From NCBI GenBank assembly GCA_964432475.1, contig CAYSNN010000001.1, forward strand, positions 1 to 58,237: DNA of 58,237 nt, written 5' to 3'. The translations under genes were made by a program, and so were the position numbers. Numbering within the stretch: the first letter of the stretch is position 1; each line of letters starts with the position of its first letter. Source of the DNA: an uncultured Gammaproteobacteria bacterium. GTDB lineage: Bacteria; Patescibacteriota; Microgenomatia; Daviesbacterales; UBA10151. Positions 34,429-43,642 of the stretch are shown one piece after another. The notes below the pieces were generated by a model, which saw only the letters and a program-made list of their open reading frames with translations, did not search any database and was not told the origin of the DNA.

Positions 34429-35502
34429 TTAAGTGTACACTAAATCATCAACTGTTTGCTTAAAATTTTTCAAAAAACGTTCTTTACTGAAACGACCGGC
34501 ATTTTCTCTGCAAAGAGTTTCATTGAATTTTACAGAATTTAATTTATTTATTGTATCCTTTAAGCTGCTTACTGTTTGATAGTCAAAAAGAAGACCTGTT
34601 TTACCCTCAATTACAGTCTCAGATGCACCGCCTAATCTGTAAGCTATAACTGGTTTGCCTAAAGCTTGTGCCTCAAGTGAGGTTAGACCAAAATCTTCAA
34701 TTCCCGGAATAATAAGCGCTCTGGCACCGAAAAGAACTAAAGCAAGTGTTTCATCATCGATGTCCTCTAAAAACTCTATATTCCCAGAGCCACATAGATT
34801 CTTAAGATTACCTGACTCGGGCCCTACTCCGACAATTTTTAATCTTACACCCAACTCCAAACAAGCTCTAACTGCCAAATCAACTCTTTTGTACTTATTC
34901 AGTCTTGCAATAACTAAAAAATATCCCCCGTCAAAACTTTCTAAATTATCAAATCTATTAATATCTACAAAAGGATAAACTAATACCGAATCTCTTCTAT
35001 ATGCTTTCTTTATTCTTTTCTGAGCGTTCTTAGACCCTGCTAAAAAGTAATCCACTCTATGCGAAAAAATTTGATCAGCAATTCTTAAATTGCTTAGAAG
35101 AAACTGACCAATCTTATATTTTTCTGCTCCTGAATAATTCCATAAAAATCTGGGCGGTGTATGACAATAGCTAATATGCAAAGTCTCAGGTTTTGTAATT
35201 ATAGATTTTGCAAAACGGGTGGTATGAGAAATAACTAAATCATATCCATCAAACACAAACTGCTCAAAAGCTAAAGGGTAAAGCGGCAAGAAAACTTTAT
35301 ATAGTTTTTTCCATCCGGGAATTTTTTGTAAAAAAGAAGTATAAATTTTTTTTGTACCAAAGTTTTGCAAAAGCTGGGGATTACTATAATCAAAAACAGA
35401 TGTAAAAATTGGAGCATCCGGAAAAATCTCGCAAAGCCCAACCAGCACTCTTTCCGCTCCTCCCCACTGGACTAAATCATCATGCACTAAGGCAACACGC
35501 AT
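34429..35502 (-). CDS. glycosyltransferase family 4
   Basis: GT-B C-terminal region PGIEDFGLTSLEAQALGKPVIAY. 357 aa. Confidence 0.8.
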   Translation of the reverse strand: MRVALVHDDLVQWGGAERVLVGLCEIFPDAPIFTSVFDYSNPQLLQNFGTKKIYTSFLQKIPGWKKLYKVFLPLYPLAFEQFVFDGYDLVISHTTRFAKSIITKPETLHISYCHTPPRFLWNYSGAEKYKIGQFLLSNLRIADQIFSHRVDYFLAGSKNAQKRIKKAYRRDSVLVYPFVDINRFDNLESFDGGYFLVIARLNKYKRVDLAVRACLELGVRLKIVGVGPESGNLKNLCGSGNIEFLEDIDDETLALVLFGARALIIPGIEDFGLTSLEAQALGKPVIAYRLGGASETVIEGKTGLLFDYQTVSSLKDTINKLNSVKFNETLCRENAGRFSKERFLKNFKQTVDDLVYT

Positions 35503-36611
35503 TTTTTATATACCTCCAAAGTCTGTTCAGCCAATCTTTTCCAATTAAATAATTTAACTCTTTTTTTACCTTTTGAAATAAGGCTTTTTTTGTAGTCTTC
35601 ATCATCCAAAACTTTAGATATTTTATTAATTAGATCTTTTTGATCTGATGGATCAAAAAAAATTGCAGCATTACCTGCAACTTCCGGTAAGCTGGAGGTA
35701 TTTGAGCAAACCACCGGACATCCGCAAGCCATTGCTTCTAAAACAGGTATGCCAAATCCTTCCTCAAAGGATGGTAATACGAAAAGCCTGGCTGATTTGA
35801 AAAGCGCTACCAGCTCTTCATCTGAAACAAACCCTGTATAAATAATAGATGGATCATTAGATTCTTTTCTTACCCTTTCCCAAAAATAATGATCATAACC
35901 TGAAAGCACTAATTTCAAATTGGGGTATCTTTGCTTTAATATAAGGAACGCCTTTATCAACCCATCAACATTTTTATGCGGATGCGCATTTCCCACATAA
36001 AATATGAAATCACCGTTTATCTTAAACTTTTGCAGAACTTTTTCAATATTTTTTCCGGCAATTTTTTCATTTATGGAAAGTATTTCGTTATCCACTGCCT
36101 CGTGAGTAACGATAATCTTTTCCGTACCTACATTCCATTCATCAACTAAAAGTTTTTTAACCGACTCAGAAGGGACTAAAACCTTAAGTGACTTTGTTAC
36201 TGCAGTTTTAAATACTTTTCTATAACCGAATTGTTTAATTTTGAAAGTAAAAGGGTTTAAGGTTGTTGCCCGTGTCATGGCATGATGCTGATGAATTAAA
36301 TCATGAATTGTCACTACAAATTTTCCGGTATAAAAAATGGGTACGTTAAAATGGGGAAAATGAACTAAGTCTAAATTGTACTGTTTTAAAAGTTTAGGCA
36401 GGTTAAATTGTTCTGCAAAACCATACCAGCTGCATTCAGTCTTAACCTTTTGAAAGTTTTTAGAGTTTTCAAATTCATCAAAATCCTTCGGCAATAAAAA
36501 AATGAAATACTCATTTTTTTTGTCTGAAACCATTAAATTGCTGATCAAATTTCTTAGATATCTTCCCACCCCTGACTCACTATAAAACCTGGCATCTATT
36601 CCGATTCTCAT
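35487..36611 (-). CDS. glycosyltransferase family 4
   Basis: LPSFEEGFGIPVLEAMACGCPVVCS (E-x7-E) is present. Confidence 0.88.
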   Translation of the reverse strand: MRIGIDARFYSESGVGRYLRNLISNLMVSDKKNEYFIFLLPKDFDEFENSKNFQKVKTECSWYGFAEQFNLPKLLKQYNLDLVHFPHFNVPIFYTGKFVVTIHDLIHQHHAMTRATTLNPFTFKIKQFGYRKVFKTAVTKSLKVLVPSESVKKLLVDEWNVGTEKIIVTHEAVDNEILSINEKIAGKNIEKVLQKFKINGDFIFYVGNAHPHKNVDGLIKAFLILKQRYPNLKLVLSGYDHYFWERVRKESNDPSIIYTGFVSDEELVALFKSARLFVLPSFEEGFGIPVLEAMACGCPVVCSNTSSLPEVAGNAAIFFDPSDQKDLINKISKVLDDEDYKKSLISKGKKRVKLFNWKRLAEQTLEVYKKCVLP

Positions 36612-37799
36612 CTATCTTCCTCCCAAACTTTGATAAATACTGCTTAACTTACTTGCAATCGGGTCCCAATCATATTCTACGTTTACCATCTCCCTTGCTT
36701 TCTTTATGATTTTATTATAAAGCTTTTTATCATTTAGCAACCGTACAACCGCATCGGCTATATCGGCAGGATTATCTTCTATAATTACCTCAACACCATC
36801 TTTAGCTTTAGTACCTCTAATCCCGATAGGGGTCGTCACAACCGGCAGACCGGACGCAAATGCCTCAAAATTCTTATAACGGGTCCCTCCCCCGCCATAA
36901 ATAGGTGCAACTAGAATCGAGGCTTGTTGGTAAACTGCCCGGACGTCCCGCACTTCCTCTACTCTGATATCTTTGGACCCAAGCTTTGGAAAAAATTCCT
37001 TGGCATCTTTACCGATAATCCAAAGCTTTGCACTCGGGATTATAGTTTTAACCTTAGGCCATATTTGATTGACTAATATATTTACCGCCTCTCTGTTTTG
37101 CAGCCAAGTAAAGTTTCCCAAATAAAGAATGATCGGATCTTTTAACCTTTCTTTAACTTTTTCTCCAAAAAAACGGCTATCTACACCATTGGGTACGATA
37201 TCTACATTTAAGCCTGGTAATTGGGATAACATTGATTTTTTATCTTGCTCGGACATAGCTACCACTTTTGCTGCCTTCTGCCAATATTTTAATTCCCAAT
37301 ACTTCATTTTTAAAACATCGATATATAAAAGGTGTTTAATAAACGACAGCTTAAACTCGTCTGCAAAATGACGATAGACTAAATACTCAATTGTTTGCTC
37401 AACAAGAAGTATTGGAATATTGGTTTTTGGAATATGGGGCATCACATAAAAGGTTTCTGCGTGAATTAAATCAAATTGACCTCTCTTTAATTTTTCTTGT
37501 ATAGCTTTTTTTTCACCCCAGGCCCAATTTCTTATTACCAGAAAAGGGAAGTAACTAAATCCGGTCCGTAAAATATTTATTAAGGTCCACGGCTTTTGTG
37601 GACGGTTAAAAACTTGAACCTCCGTACAAAACTTCTGCAGCTCTGGTACATATTCCCTTTCACTGTCATCTTTCACTAAACAAAATAAAGTTATTTCATG
37701 GTTCAACTGCGATAACCTTTTAATTAAGTTGTATGATCTGGTCTGGCCACCTGTTAAAAGAGGATATGGAAGATATGGTGTTAACATCAGTATCTTCAT
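36612..37799 (-). CDS. glycosyltransferase family 4-like (GT-B)
   Basis: The N-terminal PYLPYPLLTGGQTRSYNL and C-terminal GGGTRYKNFEAFASGLPVVTT are present. Confidence 0.75.
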   Translation of the reverse strand: MKILMLTPYLPYPLLTGGQTRSYNLIKRLSQLNHEITLFCLVKDDSEREYVPELQKFCTEVQVFNRPQKPWTLINILRTGFSYFPFLVIRNWAWGEKKAIQEKLKRGQFDLIHAETFYVMPHIPKTNIPILLVEQTIEYLVYRHFADEFKLSFIKHLLYIDVLKMKYWELKYWQKAAKVVAMSEQDKKSMLSQLPGLNVDIVPNGVDSRFFGEKVKERLKDPIILYLGNFTWLQNREAVNILVNQIWPKVKTIIPSAKLWIIGKDAKEFFPKLGSKDIRVEEVRDVRAVYQQASILVAPIYGGGGTRYKNFEAFASGLPVVTTPIGIRGTKAKDGVEVIIEDNPADIADAVVRLLNDKKLYNKIIKKAREMVNVEYDWDPIASKLSSIYQSLGGR

Positions 37800-37800
37800 T

Positions 37801-39267
37801 TTAAGGCTCCGGGTCTTTAGGATTTAAAGGTTTTTCAATAAACCTTAAATCAGCAATCACAAATTTAGGATTATTTTCTAAAATACGGAAGTGTCTTAAT
37901 ACCCAGTTTGTTTTATCATCCCGTGAGGTAGAAACAAAGTGAGTTACTCCGTAATCGGAAACTAAATCAACCAGCGGCAACGCAGTTACAGGCCAACCCG
38001 GTCTGTTAGTCTGGTACAAAAATGCAGTATCACCATTATATGGCGCAACCACCACTGCATCCTTTGGTAAAATTTTATCCGCGAGCTTTCCCGCTTCGAT
38101 AATCACCGGATTATTTATTTGGTAAAATCCTTTTACCTGAGTCCAGCTAAAATAGAAAGACAAAGGTAAAAATAGCAAGGCAACTGCTATGGTCCAAAAT
38201 CTTGGCAAAAATGCCGGAACACCTCTTGTTAGAAACAGAAATCCTTGAGTGAAAAATACTGCAACCACCGGCACAGAAATATACTGGTAATAATTATGTC
38301 TCACATTTCCTGTGGCAAAAACAATAAAATATAAAAAAATGGACAAAACCCAAATATGAAGAAAGAGATTTTTCGGCCTGGCAATTAAACCTAAAACAAA
38401 CAATACTAAGCCGGTTGCCCCTAATATCTCTCTGCCTAATCTCTCGGATACTAACCACCACCAAAATGCCGGACGGAAACGGATATGATCTCCATTTAAC
38501 AACCAGTTTGATGCGGGGATTCCCTGGGGCTGCTGTAAAATCCAAAGTCTCCAAATAACAAACGGAAGCAATGCAATTATTCCCGGTAAGACAAACTTTT
38601 TTGAAAAATCCCTAATACTTCTAGAATTAATCAGGGCAGAATATATTAAAGGAGGTGTAAAAAATAATGCCCAAGGTTTTATTAAAAACGCCAGCATAGT
38701 AAACAACACCCCCCAAATACCCCAAATCACCCTTCTCTCCCAAATCCACTTATCAACAAAATACATCATTCCCAAAGCAAAAAAAAGAAATGTGGGTTCA
38801 GGTAGGGTAGTCCGCGAAAAAAATACATTAAATGGAAGAAGTGAATAGATGGCTGCAGTAAAAAGTGAATTTATTTTTCCTAAATATCTTTTGCAGATAA
38901 AATATAAAAAAACAATACTCCCGAGTGAAAACAAAACTGAAACAAGCCGGGAATATTTATCATCTATCCCGAAAAATAAATAAAAGGGTAAAGTTGCCAA
39001 ATTGTATATCGGAAACTCAACAAATCTGAAACGTGCAGGATTTGCTAGTGGGTTTTCAGAAACTCCCGACATATCATCATAGCGGGGGTATAAAACATTT
39101 AAGCCTTCCTTTACAAAATTCCTTGTTACCGCTGCGGTATCCGCTTGCCGCCAAGAATGCCAATCAGCAATAGGTGAATCAATTCTATAGAGTCTGGCGG
39201 TTAGTGCAATTAGTAAAATAAGAGTCAACCACAAATATTGATTTTTTAAAACATTAATTAGTTTCAT
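37801..39267 (-). CDS. GT-C glycosyltransferase, family 39/ArnT-PMT-like
   Basis: Polytopic, with the first loop ADWHSWRQADTAAVTRNF. The ATG at 39267 forms an ATGA overlap with the upstream stop. The track ORF extends to 39309. Confidence 0.7.
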   Translation of the reverse strand: MKLINVLKNQYLWLTLILLIALTARLYRIDSPIADWHSWRQADTAAVTRNFVKEGLNVLYPRYDDMSGVSENPLANPARFRFVEFPIYNLATLPFYLFFGIDDKYSRLVSVLFSLGSIVFLYFICKRYLGKINSLFTAAIYSLLPFNVFFSRTTLPEPTFLFFALGMMYFVDKWIWERRVIWGIWGVLFTMLAFLIKPWALFFTPPLIYSALINSRSIRDFSKKFVLPGIIALLPFVIWRLWILQQPQGIPASNWLLNGDHIRFRPAFWWWLVSERLGREILGATGLVLFVLGLIARPKNLFLHIWVLSIFLYFIVFATGNVRHNYYQYISVPVVAVFFTQGFLFLTRGVPAFLPRFWTIAVALLFLPLSFYFSWTQVKGFYQINNPVIIEAGKLADKILPKDAVVVAPYNGDTAFLYQTNRPGWPVTALPLVDLVSDYGVTHFVSTSRDDKTNWVLRHFRILENNPKFVIADLRFIEKPLNPKDPEP

Positions 39268-40679
39268 TTGAATTTTAAAGCTGCCAAATTTAACCCTAGA
39301 ATCATCCAAAACAAAGAGGCCACTTTCGACGCCTCAAAAACATCAATAAACAAACTGTTTAAAATAAAGGCCAGCATTAAAGACAAAACTCCTGCCGAGA
39401 AATATTTGATAAATTTTTCACTGCTTTTAAACAAAACCCAAATTCTTTTTGAGATATCGATCAAAAGCAGTATAAACGCTGAGGTACCCAGTAAACCCAC
39501 CTCCCCCAGTGAACGCAATACGTCATTATCTGTAGCAATACCCAGAGATGAATAACCTGTTCCCAGTATTGGATTTTTTATTAAGGCCGCAATAGCTCTT
39601 GGCCATTCTATGTTTAATCTGATAGAAAAAGATCTATAAACCCCAAGTTCAGTAGTATCCACAGGTTCACCGGGAGTGATGTCGGTTGGTACAGCCGAAT
39701 CTGTTGCAAAGGTAGACGTTTCAGCCGAGCTACTCGATGTCTTTATAGCCAAAGTTGGAATATTCAGCCTATTTCTTATTCTTTGATCATCCGTCTTACC
39801 CTGGTAACTCTGCCATTGGTTTAGAAGATTTACTGTAACTGTTGAAATAAGCCGATTTCTCAAATTTGAGGGATATACCAAAACCAAAGCTAAAACAATG
39901 ACTAAAAACAGCAGGTATTTTTTTTTGCCGATTAAAAAAAGTGATGCTACAATTCCGAAGATTGCTGCAACAAACGAAACTCTTGCCGATGTCATTACAA
40001 GCACTACTGAGGAAAAAGCACCCAGAATTAAGATCCAAAACTTAATGCTTTTTCCTGCTACAAAAAACAGCGGCACCATTAAACATAAAGCCATCGTTAA
40101 AAATGCTGCAAAATCATAGTGCCCTGCAAATGAAGAGTTCACTCTTGCCTCAGGGGATAACCTTAAAATTAATCCTTTCGCAAACTCTGAATTAGTTGTC
40201 GATATAACAGGCCAGTTTAAATATTGCTGCCCTAAAGCATATATATTCGTTGATAGTAAAACCAATGACAGGACAACTAAGCTGAAAACCAGCTGTTTTT
40301 TTGTCTTAAAAACAGAAACAACAACTGGAAGCAGTAACATAAATTCAACTCTACGTAGCCAGTGAAATAAAGCCAAATTTAAACTCACTGTATGAGTTAA
40401 AAAAACCGCGGAAAAAAGAGAAAGTAAACCAATACTCAAAAAAAGTATTATTAGCTGATTTGTTCTGTATGCAAAAAAATTTTTTACTTCATTAGACAAT
40501 AAAAGAGTTAGTGACCATACAACTATTACAAAAGCAATTAAAGTATCCTCCAATCTAATTGCCACAAAAGTCCCTTTAACATTAAGTAGGGGAAACTTTG
40601 GATAGAGAGGAATAAATATAAATAGAAAAAGAACCGGCCAAAAAAGAAGCGAATTAATTTTTGTAGCTAGCTGTTTCAT
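39264..40679 (-). CDS. O-antigen ligase/polymerase-like (Wzy_C family) membrane protein with a Ser/Thr-rich loop
   Basis: 471 aa and multi-TM. TSARVSFVAAIFGI is present, as is a large loop AIKTSSSSAETSTFATDSAVPTDITPGEP...GTGYSS. Confidence 0.65.
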   Translation of the reverse strand: MKQLATKINSLLFWPVLFLFIFIPLYPKFPLLNVKGTFVAIRLEDTLIAFVIVVWSLTLLLSNEVKNFFAYRTNQLIILFLSIGLLSLFSAVFLTHTVSLNLALFHWLRRVEFMLLLPVVVSVFKTKKQLVFSLVVLSLVLLSTNIYALGQQYLNWPVISTTNSEFAKGLILRLSPEARVNSSFAGHYDFAAFLTMALCLMVPLFFVAGKSIKFWILILGAFSSVVLVMTSARVSFVAAIFGIVASLFLIGKKKYLLFLVIVLALVLVYPSNLRNRLISTVTVNLLNQWQSYQGKTDDQRIRNRLNIPTLAIKTSSSSAETSTFATDSAVPTDITPGEPVDTTELGVYRSFSIRLNIEWPRAIAALIKNPILGTGYSSLGIATDNDVLRSLGEVGLLGTSAFILLLIDISKRIWVLFKSSEKFIKYFSAGVLSLMLAFILNSLFIDVFEASKVASLFWMILGLNLAALKFK

Positions 40680-41224
40680 TAACTTGTTATCACCTTTCGA
40701 CCCAACTTATATAAATATATCGTGCTTAAAACTATCCCTATCCAAACAAGCAGTCTTACCCAAAGAGGGGAAGGGTAGAAACGAAGTGTAACTTTTGTGT
40801 CCCACTTATGACCAAACGTATTAAACTGGGAAGCACCCCAATATTTTGGAGTACTGTCAGGATAAAAGGGTTCAAAACCATTTATGTAAATTGAATCTCT
40901 TAAAGGATACACCAATTCTTCTAAATACGTTGAATCGGTATGCTTTTTAATCACATTCCAAGAAAACTCAGGGGGATAATTTAATCTAAGCGGGGGTAAT
41001 GGTAAAAAAGTACCTTTCCAATAATTTGCTCTATAAAACGGAATGACAAATTCCCGATAGTTGTTGGAAAAATATGCTGAGACATTGGGTATTTGCCAGG
41101 TATCTCCTGCCAGGTCCGATTTATCTGAATTAGGCAAAGCTTTGAAATCCGAAATCTGACTTGGCCCGGGCCAGACCATATATATTAAAAGTAATATCGA
41201 GGAAAAAATAAATATTTTTTTCAT
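40679..41224 (-). CDS. hypothetical protein with N- and C-terminal TM anchors and an aromatic/Pro-rich ectodomain
   Basis: 181 aa. TMs lie at both ends (IFIFSSILLLIYMVW and LLVWIGIVLSTIYLY). No recognisable motif. Confidence 0.55.
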   Translation of the reverse strand: MKKIFIFSSILLLIYMVWPGPSQISDFKALPNSDKSDLAGDTWQIPNVSAYFSNNYREFVIPFYRANYWKGTFLPLPPLRLNYPPEFSWNVIKKHTDSTYLEELVYPLRDSIYINGFEPFYPDSTPKYWGASQFNTFGHKWDTKVTLRFYPSPLWVRLLVWIGIVLSTIYLYKLGRKVITS

Positions 41225-41904
41225 TGGAACAGCCTTGCTCTTCCTAACTTATAATGCAGATCTTTAACTTTTCTTTCACCTATCACCGCTGCCGGCACCC
41301 CTCCAACTACTTCGTATTCTCCCACATCTTTAGTTACTACAGCTCCGGCTGCAATCACTGCTCCTTTGCCTATTTTAACTCCGGGTAAAATTATAGCCCT
41401 CGGACCAATAAATACATAGTTTGCTATGTAAACAGCTGCACAGATTGCGTGAAAATCTTCAGAGTTTATGTCATGCTCTGAATTTAGTATCATCACATCG
41501 GAGGCAATATCTACATAATCTCCAATGGTTAGTTTATCCCTCCCATCCAAAAAAGCATTCTGGCCAATGATTGTCCCCTCGCCAATATCTACTTTTGCCG
41601 GATTAAAAAACTGAGCACCCATATGAATATGTGAATTTTTGCCAATTCTTACACCGGCTGCAAGATATATCAGATACCTGATTGTGTAGATTGGAATTAA
41701 TCCGGCAATCCTGACTATTAAAAGCTCCAGGTCCAAGACGTAGTTTAGCATTCTGTTAATCATTTTAGATAAACTTTGTGTAAATGTTAACTTCCTCCCC
41801 ATTTTATCTTTAAAAAATAAGTAAGGAAATCCGTGCTTGCTACTGATTCCGATATGTTCTAGAAACAGCATAGTGATATCAAGTATACCATCAAAGTGCT
41901 TCAA
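41221..41904 (-). CDS. hexapeptide-repeat (LbH) O-acetyltransferase with a membrane-associated N-terminus
   Basis: IGEGTIIGQNAFL, IGDYVDIASDV, FIGPRAIILPGVKIGKGAVIAAGAVVTKDV and VGGVPA are present. The true start may be an internal Met. Confidence 0.82.
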   Translation of the reverse strand: MKHFDGILDITMLFLEHIGISSKHGFPYLFFKDKMGRKLTFTQSLSKMINRMLNYVLDLELLIVRIAGLIPIYTIRYLIYLAAGVRIGKNSHIHMGAQFFNPAKVDIGEGTIIGQNAFLDGRDKLTIGDYVDIASDVMILNSEHDINSEDFHAICAAVYIANYVFIGPRAIILPGVKIGKGAVIAAGAVVTKDVGEYEVVGGVPAAVIGERKVKDLHYKLGRARLFQ

Positions 41905-42991
41905 AAACCTTTGATATAACCTCTGCCATTTTGTCCCAGGAAAACTTTCTAGCCTGCTTAAGGCCTAGTTTTACAAGCCTCATCCTAAGTTTTTTATCGT
42001 GACAAACTGTCCGGATTGCCTGCTCCATCTGATCCTCAGAATACGGATCAAATAGCAGTCCTGCGTTACCTACCACTTCGGGTAAGGAAGAAATATTGGA
42101 AACAAGTACCGGTACCCCGCAGGCCATTGCCTCCACCACCGTAATACCAAACCCTTCCCACAAAGAAGGTTGGATTAAAGCTAAAGCACCGGATATAAGA
42201 ACTGGCAGCTCACTGGATTCTACGTATCCTGTAAAAACTACCCGATCCTCAATGCCTAAAAGCTTCGGCCTTTCCAGTATTTCTTTATACATCCAGCCTT
42301 CTCTACCCTCACCTGAGCTTTTCCCAACTACCAAAAGCTTTAAACCATCAATTTTTGCAACTACATTGATTAATCTTATTAAATTTTTCCTTGGCTGCAG
42401 CGTCCCTATATATATAATGTAGTTATCCCCCACTTTATACTTGCTTTTAATCTTATTTAAATTGAAAATTTCTCTATTATATCCTGGATATGCCACAGTA
42501 ATTTTGGCTTCATCAACTTTATATTGTTCTATAATACCCTGCTTGGAGAAGTTGGAAATGGTAATAATATGGTCTGCTGTTTTCATAGAAAGCTTTGTCC
42601 AGTTTTTCAGCTTCCAAAGGTCACTTTTTGTAAACATCTCAGGGAAATGTAAAAAAGATAAATCAAATATTGTGACAACCTTTCTAACTTCGGAAGGAAC
42701 AAATCTTGGCAGATAATGTGTGGGGGAGAAAAATAAATCGGGTTTTGTTTTACTTGTATATAAATAAAGCGGGAGGGCAATTTGGGTCCAAAGCCTTTTG
42801 GGCTTTAGGATTTTATATCTAAAGCCGGTTCTCGCCTTGGGCAAATCCTCCAGCGGGGGAGAGGGCAATAATATTGTATATTCATTTACCCTATCTGTTT
42901 GTTCCAAACTTTTTAGAAGTTCAAAGGCAACTTGGGAAGAACCCAGTCTTTGTCTGACATTTGCCTCGTATCCATCTATGGCAATTTTCAT
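41891..42991 (-). CDS. glycosyltransferase family 4
   Basis: QPSLWEGFGITVVEAMACGVPVLVS is present. Confidence 0.88.
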   Translation of the reverse strand: MKIAIDGYEANVRQRLGSSQVAFELLKSLEQTDRVNEYTILLPSPPLEDLPKARTGFRYKILKPKRLWTQIALPLYLYTSKTKPDLFFSPTHYLPRFVPSEVRKVVTIFDLSFLHFPEMFTKSDLWKLKNWTKLSMKTADHIITISNFSKQGIIEQYKVDEAKITVAYPGYNREIFNLNKIKSKYKVGDNYIIYIGTLQPRKNLIRLINVVAKIDGLKLLVVGKSSGEGREGWMYKEILERPKLLGIEDRVVFTGYVESSELPVLISGALALIQPSLWEGFGITVVEAMACGVPVLVSNISSLPEVVGNAGLLFDPYSEDQMEQAIRTVCHDKKLRMRLVKLGLKQARKFSWDKMAEVISKVFEAL

Positions 42992-42997
42992 ACCATA

Positions 42998-43642
42998 TTA
43001 TTTTACTCTATTTGCCAGTCTAAAAATCAGATTAATTAATTTTATGGCGCCAAAACTACTGATTATTATAAAAGGCAGGTACATATTTATTGCCTTTAAA
43101 ACATTGGGCGGCTGAAAATCTAAAGCTGGTACGAGAGGTGCAGCAAACAGCCAGATTAAGATTGCCTCCCAACCCCTTGGTGATTTCACTATTATCCAAA
43201 AACCTATCCCCGCAAATAAAGCATCAAACAAATACAAAAAAATGCCGTTTGTAAAAAGGAAATCTCCCCTAAAATAATCAAGGTAATGGCTTAAATAAGA
43301 TAGGCAGTAATTGACAACCTTATTATGCATGATCAAAACTTCTAAATTATCGTAGTTTAGCCCATGCTCTCTTCTTTGCTCATCGGTTAACCAGACCGGT
43401 ACAAGATTTCCCTTAATGCCGAAGTCAAAAGGCCCAGCTAAAACACTTGTTGATATTACGAAAAGAAAAATTGCCGAAAAAAGCCAAGCTGATTTTTTTA
43501 CCTTTTTCTGTATCAGTATTACCCCAAACGCTGTTATCAGTAGCGGTATAAGAAATCCCCAGTTTTTGACACTAAAATTAAGGAACACTAAAACCCTGAG
43601 AGTAACAATTACAATTAAAGCAATTAACATTTTTCTGCTCAT
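42998..43642 (-). CDS. hypothetical polytopic membrane protein
   Basis: 214 aa with about 6 hydrophobic helices. It has an ATGA overlap with the upstream GT39-like gene. No motif recognised. Confidence 0.55.
   Translation of the reverse strand: MSRKMLIALIVIVTLRVLVFLNFSVKNWGFLIPLLITAFGVILIQKKVKKSAWLFSAIFLFVISTSVLAGPFDFGIKGNLVPVWLTDEQRREHGLNYDNLEVLIMHNKVVNYCLSYLSHYLDYFRGDFLFTNGIFLYLFDALFAGIGFWIIVKSPRGWEAILIWLFAAPLVPALDFQPPNVLKAINMYLPFIIISSFGAIKLINLIFRLANRVK

Noticed and set aside
39918-39940. Homopolymer runs in coding DNA as phase-variation tracts: T9 and A7 in the Wzy_C-like gene, T8 at 33720-33727, and A8 at 27298-27305.
   Set aside because: They encode Lys or Phe runs that are common in this AT-rich genome, including in essential ftsI. 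They are not distinguishable from background without population data.
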